Assembly (NCBI GenBank): GCA_002269645.1
Contig: NIVC01000420.1
Location: forward strand, 124,001 to 188,000
From: Macrostomum lignano
Lineage: Eukaryota
Direction of reading: 5' to 3'
Length of the DNA: 64,000 nucleotides
The translations under genes and the position numbers were made by a program. The notes below the pieces were generated by a model. It ran no database searches and was not told where the DNA came from. It saw only the letters and a program-made list of their open reading frames with translations. Positions 60,701 to 64,000 of this stretch are shown in pieces. Each line of letters starts with the position of its first letter. The first letter of the stretch is position 1.

Positions 60701-62439
60701 AGAATAACCGCTTTTTTCGTGAGATAATATCGGTTATTACAATTCCTTCATCAAATCAGCAAAAATCAGTGACGAAAAATTTGGCGTTTCTCTTGGCCAA
60801 AGCCTTCAATTTGTAATTATAGGTGTCGTATATGTTGAGCAAAGTATTGTGGCCAAATTGCATAGAATGAAATAATAATTTTTTTGTCTGTGCAATAGGA
60901 AATTGAATTTAAAAAATGTTCAATATAGTCGCATCAGCCTGTCCACCCCACCTCATACACTATAGCTTTTACTCAGAGTAGTATGAGAAAGAAACTGCAA
61001 CCGGGAATAAAGAAACATGAACCTAGTACTTTGTTTTTAACTTCACCTGTTTTTATCAAGCAATAACACTCAACCGGTATCCCTCATCTGTTATCTCTCT
61101 CAACCGGTATCCCTCAACAGGCATCTCTCAACCGGTATCCCTCAACAGGCATCTCTCAACCGATATCCCTAAACCGGTATCCCTCGACCGGTATCCCTCA
61201 ACCGGTCTCCCTCCTAACTAGTATCCCTCTTGACTGGTATACCTCAACCGGTATCTCTCTCAACCGGTATCCCTCCTAACTAGTATCCCTCTTGACTAGT
61301 ATCCCTCAACCGGTATCTCTCTCAATTGGTATCCTTCTTAACTGGTATCTCTCAACCGGTATCCCTCTTAACTGGTATACCTCAACCGGTATCCCTGAAC
61401 AGGTATCCCTCAACCGGTATCCCTCAACCGGTATCCCTCAACCGGTATCCCTCAACCGGTATCCCTCAACCGGTATCCCTCAACCGGTATCCCTCAACCG
61501 GTATCCCTCAACCGGTATCCCTCAACCGGTATCCCTCAACCGGTATCCCTCAACCGGTATCCCTCAACCGGTATCCCTCAACCGGTATCCCTCAACCGGT
61601 ATCCCTCAACCGGTATCCCTCAACCGGTATCCCTCTTAACTGTTATCCCTCAACCGGTATCCCTCAACCGGTATCCCTCAACCGGTATCCCTCAACCGGT
61701 ATCCCTCAACCGGTATCCCTCAACCGGTATCCCTCAACCGGTATCCCTCAACCGGTATCCCTCAACCGGTATCCCTCAACCGGTATCCCTCAACCGGTAT
61801 CCCTCAACCGGTATCCCTCAACCGGTATCCCTCAACCGGTATCCCTCAACCGGTATCCCTCAACCGGTATCCCTCAACCGGTATCCCTCAACCGGTATCT
61901 CTCAACAGGCAATCCCAGACCCGCCTCACCGTCATTCTATCCACGTTAATCTTAACAAAGGCAACCTGGCTGAACCGCCGAGCCAGCAACTCCAGCTTCG
62001 GCGCAAACACCACGCAGGGTCGGCACCATTTCGCACCGAAGCAGGCCAGCACCAGATTCTTGTTGCTGTTCTTCTTCTTCTTCTCCTCCTGCTCGCTCTC
62101 CGCCGAAAGCAGAGCCTGAAAGCTGGCGACTTCGGTTATCTCAACTAGGGCGCTCGTTGAAGCGGCAGAGTCCGAAGCGACAGAAGCCAGCTCTTCTGCG
62201 GGATCGGCAAGAGCGCCGTTCACCAGCTGGCTCTCGTCTGCCGCGGTGGCATCCGCCGGCTTTGGCGCGGCGCCCATCTGCGAGTCCTGCGCCTTTTTTA
62301 CTTTCGTTCGCTCTGACGACTTCTTCCCGGCCGCTCCGGCCGCAGAAGCAACAGCAGCAGCAGCAGCCGCCTGATTGTCTTTTGATTTTTGCTTCTTCGA
62401 CTTTTTCTCTGCGGCGTTGGACGATGAACTCAGCGGCAT
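57717..62439 (-). CDS. Thioredoxin-family protein with long Lys/Ala/Ser-rich N-terminal extension, 2 exons, 235 aa
   Basis: Exon 62439-61930 (ends ACG|GTGAGG) and exon 57914-57717 (TGCAG|GCT), phase 0. FGAKWCRPC active site, VAFVKINVD and cis-Pro motif AVPTF. Confidence 0.92.
58190..59200. repeat. 24-bp minisatellite (GGATTATTGCACTTGATAAACCAA) grading into a 48-bp derivative, thioredoxin intron
   Basis: 24-bp period to about 59010, then 48-bp period (59080, 59128). Confidence 0.92.
59325..60330. repeat. 19-bp minisatellite (TGATGCTTGCTATCTGGGG), thioredoxin intron
   Basis: Homogeneous core with degenerate flanks. Confidence 0.93.
61068..61907. repeat. 14-bp minisatellite (CCGGTATCCCTCAA), next to the thioredoxin donor site
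   Basis: Direct reading. Confidence 0.95.
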
Positions 62440-62719
62440 TCTTGGCTGTGTCTGAGCTCGAGGCTTTTAGCGAGGAGCTGGAAGGAGCTGAAAGCGCTTC
62501 TAAATCATATTATAGCAAAGCAAAATATCTATGGCCAATAAATACATAATAAAACATATTCGCAGAAAAGTCGCGGGCACCCGGGCGCAACGCCTTTAGA
62601 GGTCTTTTCCCACATCCAGAAATGAGGCAATTCTGCCGATTCCACTGACTCGCACTGGGTGCCCGCAGGCACGCACTCAAGCATGTTCACTCTCTGTGCC
62701 TTAAGGGTTGGCCCTCATG

Positions 62720-63290
62720 GGCCCTCCATCATCCTCCCCTTGATTCTTCCTCATCCGCCCCTTGATCCTCCATCATCCGCCCCTTGATCCTCCATCATCC
62801 GCCCCTTGATTCTCCCTCATCATCTCCTTGATCCTCCCTTCATCCGCCCCTTGACCATGCCTCATCCCTCCTTGATCCTCCATCATCCGCCCCTTGATCC
62901 TCCCTGATCTGCCCCTTGATCCTCCCTTCATCCGCCCCTTGATCCTCCATCATCCACCCCTTGATTCTCCTTCATCCGCCCCTTGATCCTCCCTCATCCG
63001 CCCCTTGATCCTACCTCATCCCCCCTTGATCCTCCATCATCCGCCCCTTGATCCTCCATCACCCGCCCCTTGATCCTCCATCACCCGCCCCTTGATCCTC
63101 CCTCACCCGCCCCTTTGATCCTCACTCATCCGCCCCTTGATCCTCCCTCACCCGCCCCTTTGATCCTCACTCATCCGCCCCTTGATCCTCCCTCACCCGC
63201 CCCTTGATCCTCCATCATCCGCCCCTTGATCATCCATCATCCGCTCCTTGATCCTCCATCATCCGCCCTTTATCCTCCCTCATCCGCCCT
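62720..63290. repeat. 22-bp C-rich minisatellite (CCGCCCCTTGATCCTCCATCAT)
   Basis: Direct reading. Confidence 0.92.
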
Positions 63291-63677
63291 TTCTTTTCTT
63301 ACAGCTGCATTACTAAACGCACAAGTAGATATGTAAAAATTCTAACAATAAAAATGTATTTGCGGACATCAAAAACAAGGAAAAGCATGAAGCTGAGCCT
63401 CTACCCGATTTTATTGCGTTCGGAATTACGTCGAGCAGTGAAAATCGACACCTGCCGCCGCCCGTTCATGGAGTTGGCACAAATTTTCTCGAAAAATTGC
63501 TTTTATGCAAATATTTTTTGGGGCTGCAGAAACCGCTGGCAGCGCTGGACTTCTTTGGACAGTTTTTTCGGATGGAATTTCGCGTCGTAATTATTGCTGC
63601 TCTATATATATAAGCACTATAAGCATATGATATTGCTGATGGCGCTGCGGCTACTGCGACACTGTGACAGTTTTCTA

Positions 63678-64000
<323 letters not shown>

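Overview
Eukaryotic (animal) genomic DNA with spliceosomal introns and many micro- and minisatellites. GC-rich Ala/Gly/Ser-rich exons, dense tandem repeats and short 74-104 nt introns suggest a free-living flatworm such as Macrostomum (inference, not provable here). Six genes are well supported: a two-repeat beta-thymosin (+), and on the minus strand a 19-exon divergent Slo/BK-family K+ channel, a 3-exon GT7 beta-1,4-galactosyltransferase-family enzyme, an intronless 1229-aa FN2/beta-trefoil/15xTSR-like membrane protein, a 9-exon anion-selective Cys-loop receptor subunit and a 2-exon thioredoxin. For each spliced model I checked exon phases by hand and they give a continuous frame. Mobile DNA comprises nested TA-flanked MITEs inside a palindrome, two solo LTRs, four tRNA-derived SINE copies, a TTAA-flanked foldback element and a Crypton-like tyrosine-recombinase remnant. 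About 20 tandem arrays fill introns and account for most of the long ORFs in the track, which are not genes. Main leads: (1) the Slo channel has lost every known Ca2+/Mg2+ sensor; (2) the surface protein carries a 4-cysteine TSR variant; (3) several minisatellites have units that are themselves splice-site cassettes in the host sense orientation, most clearly a 46-bp array filling a putative leader intron of the Cys-loop gene. No rRNA, true tRNA or CRISPR array was seen.
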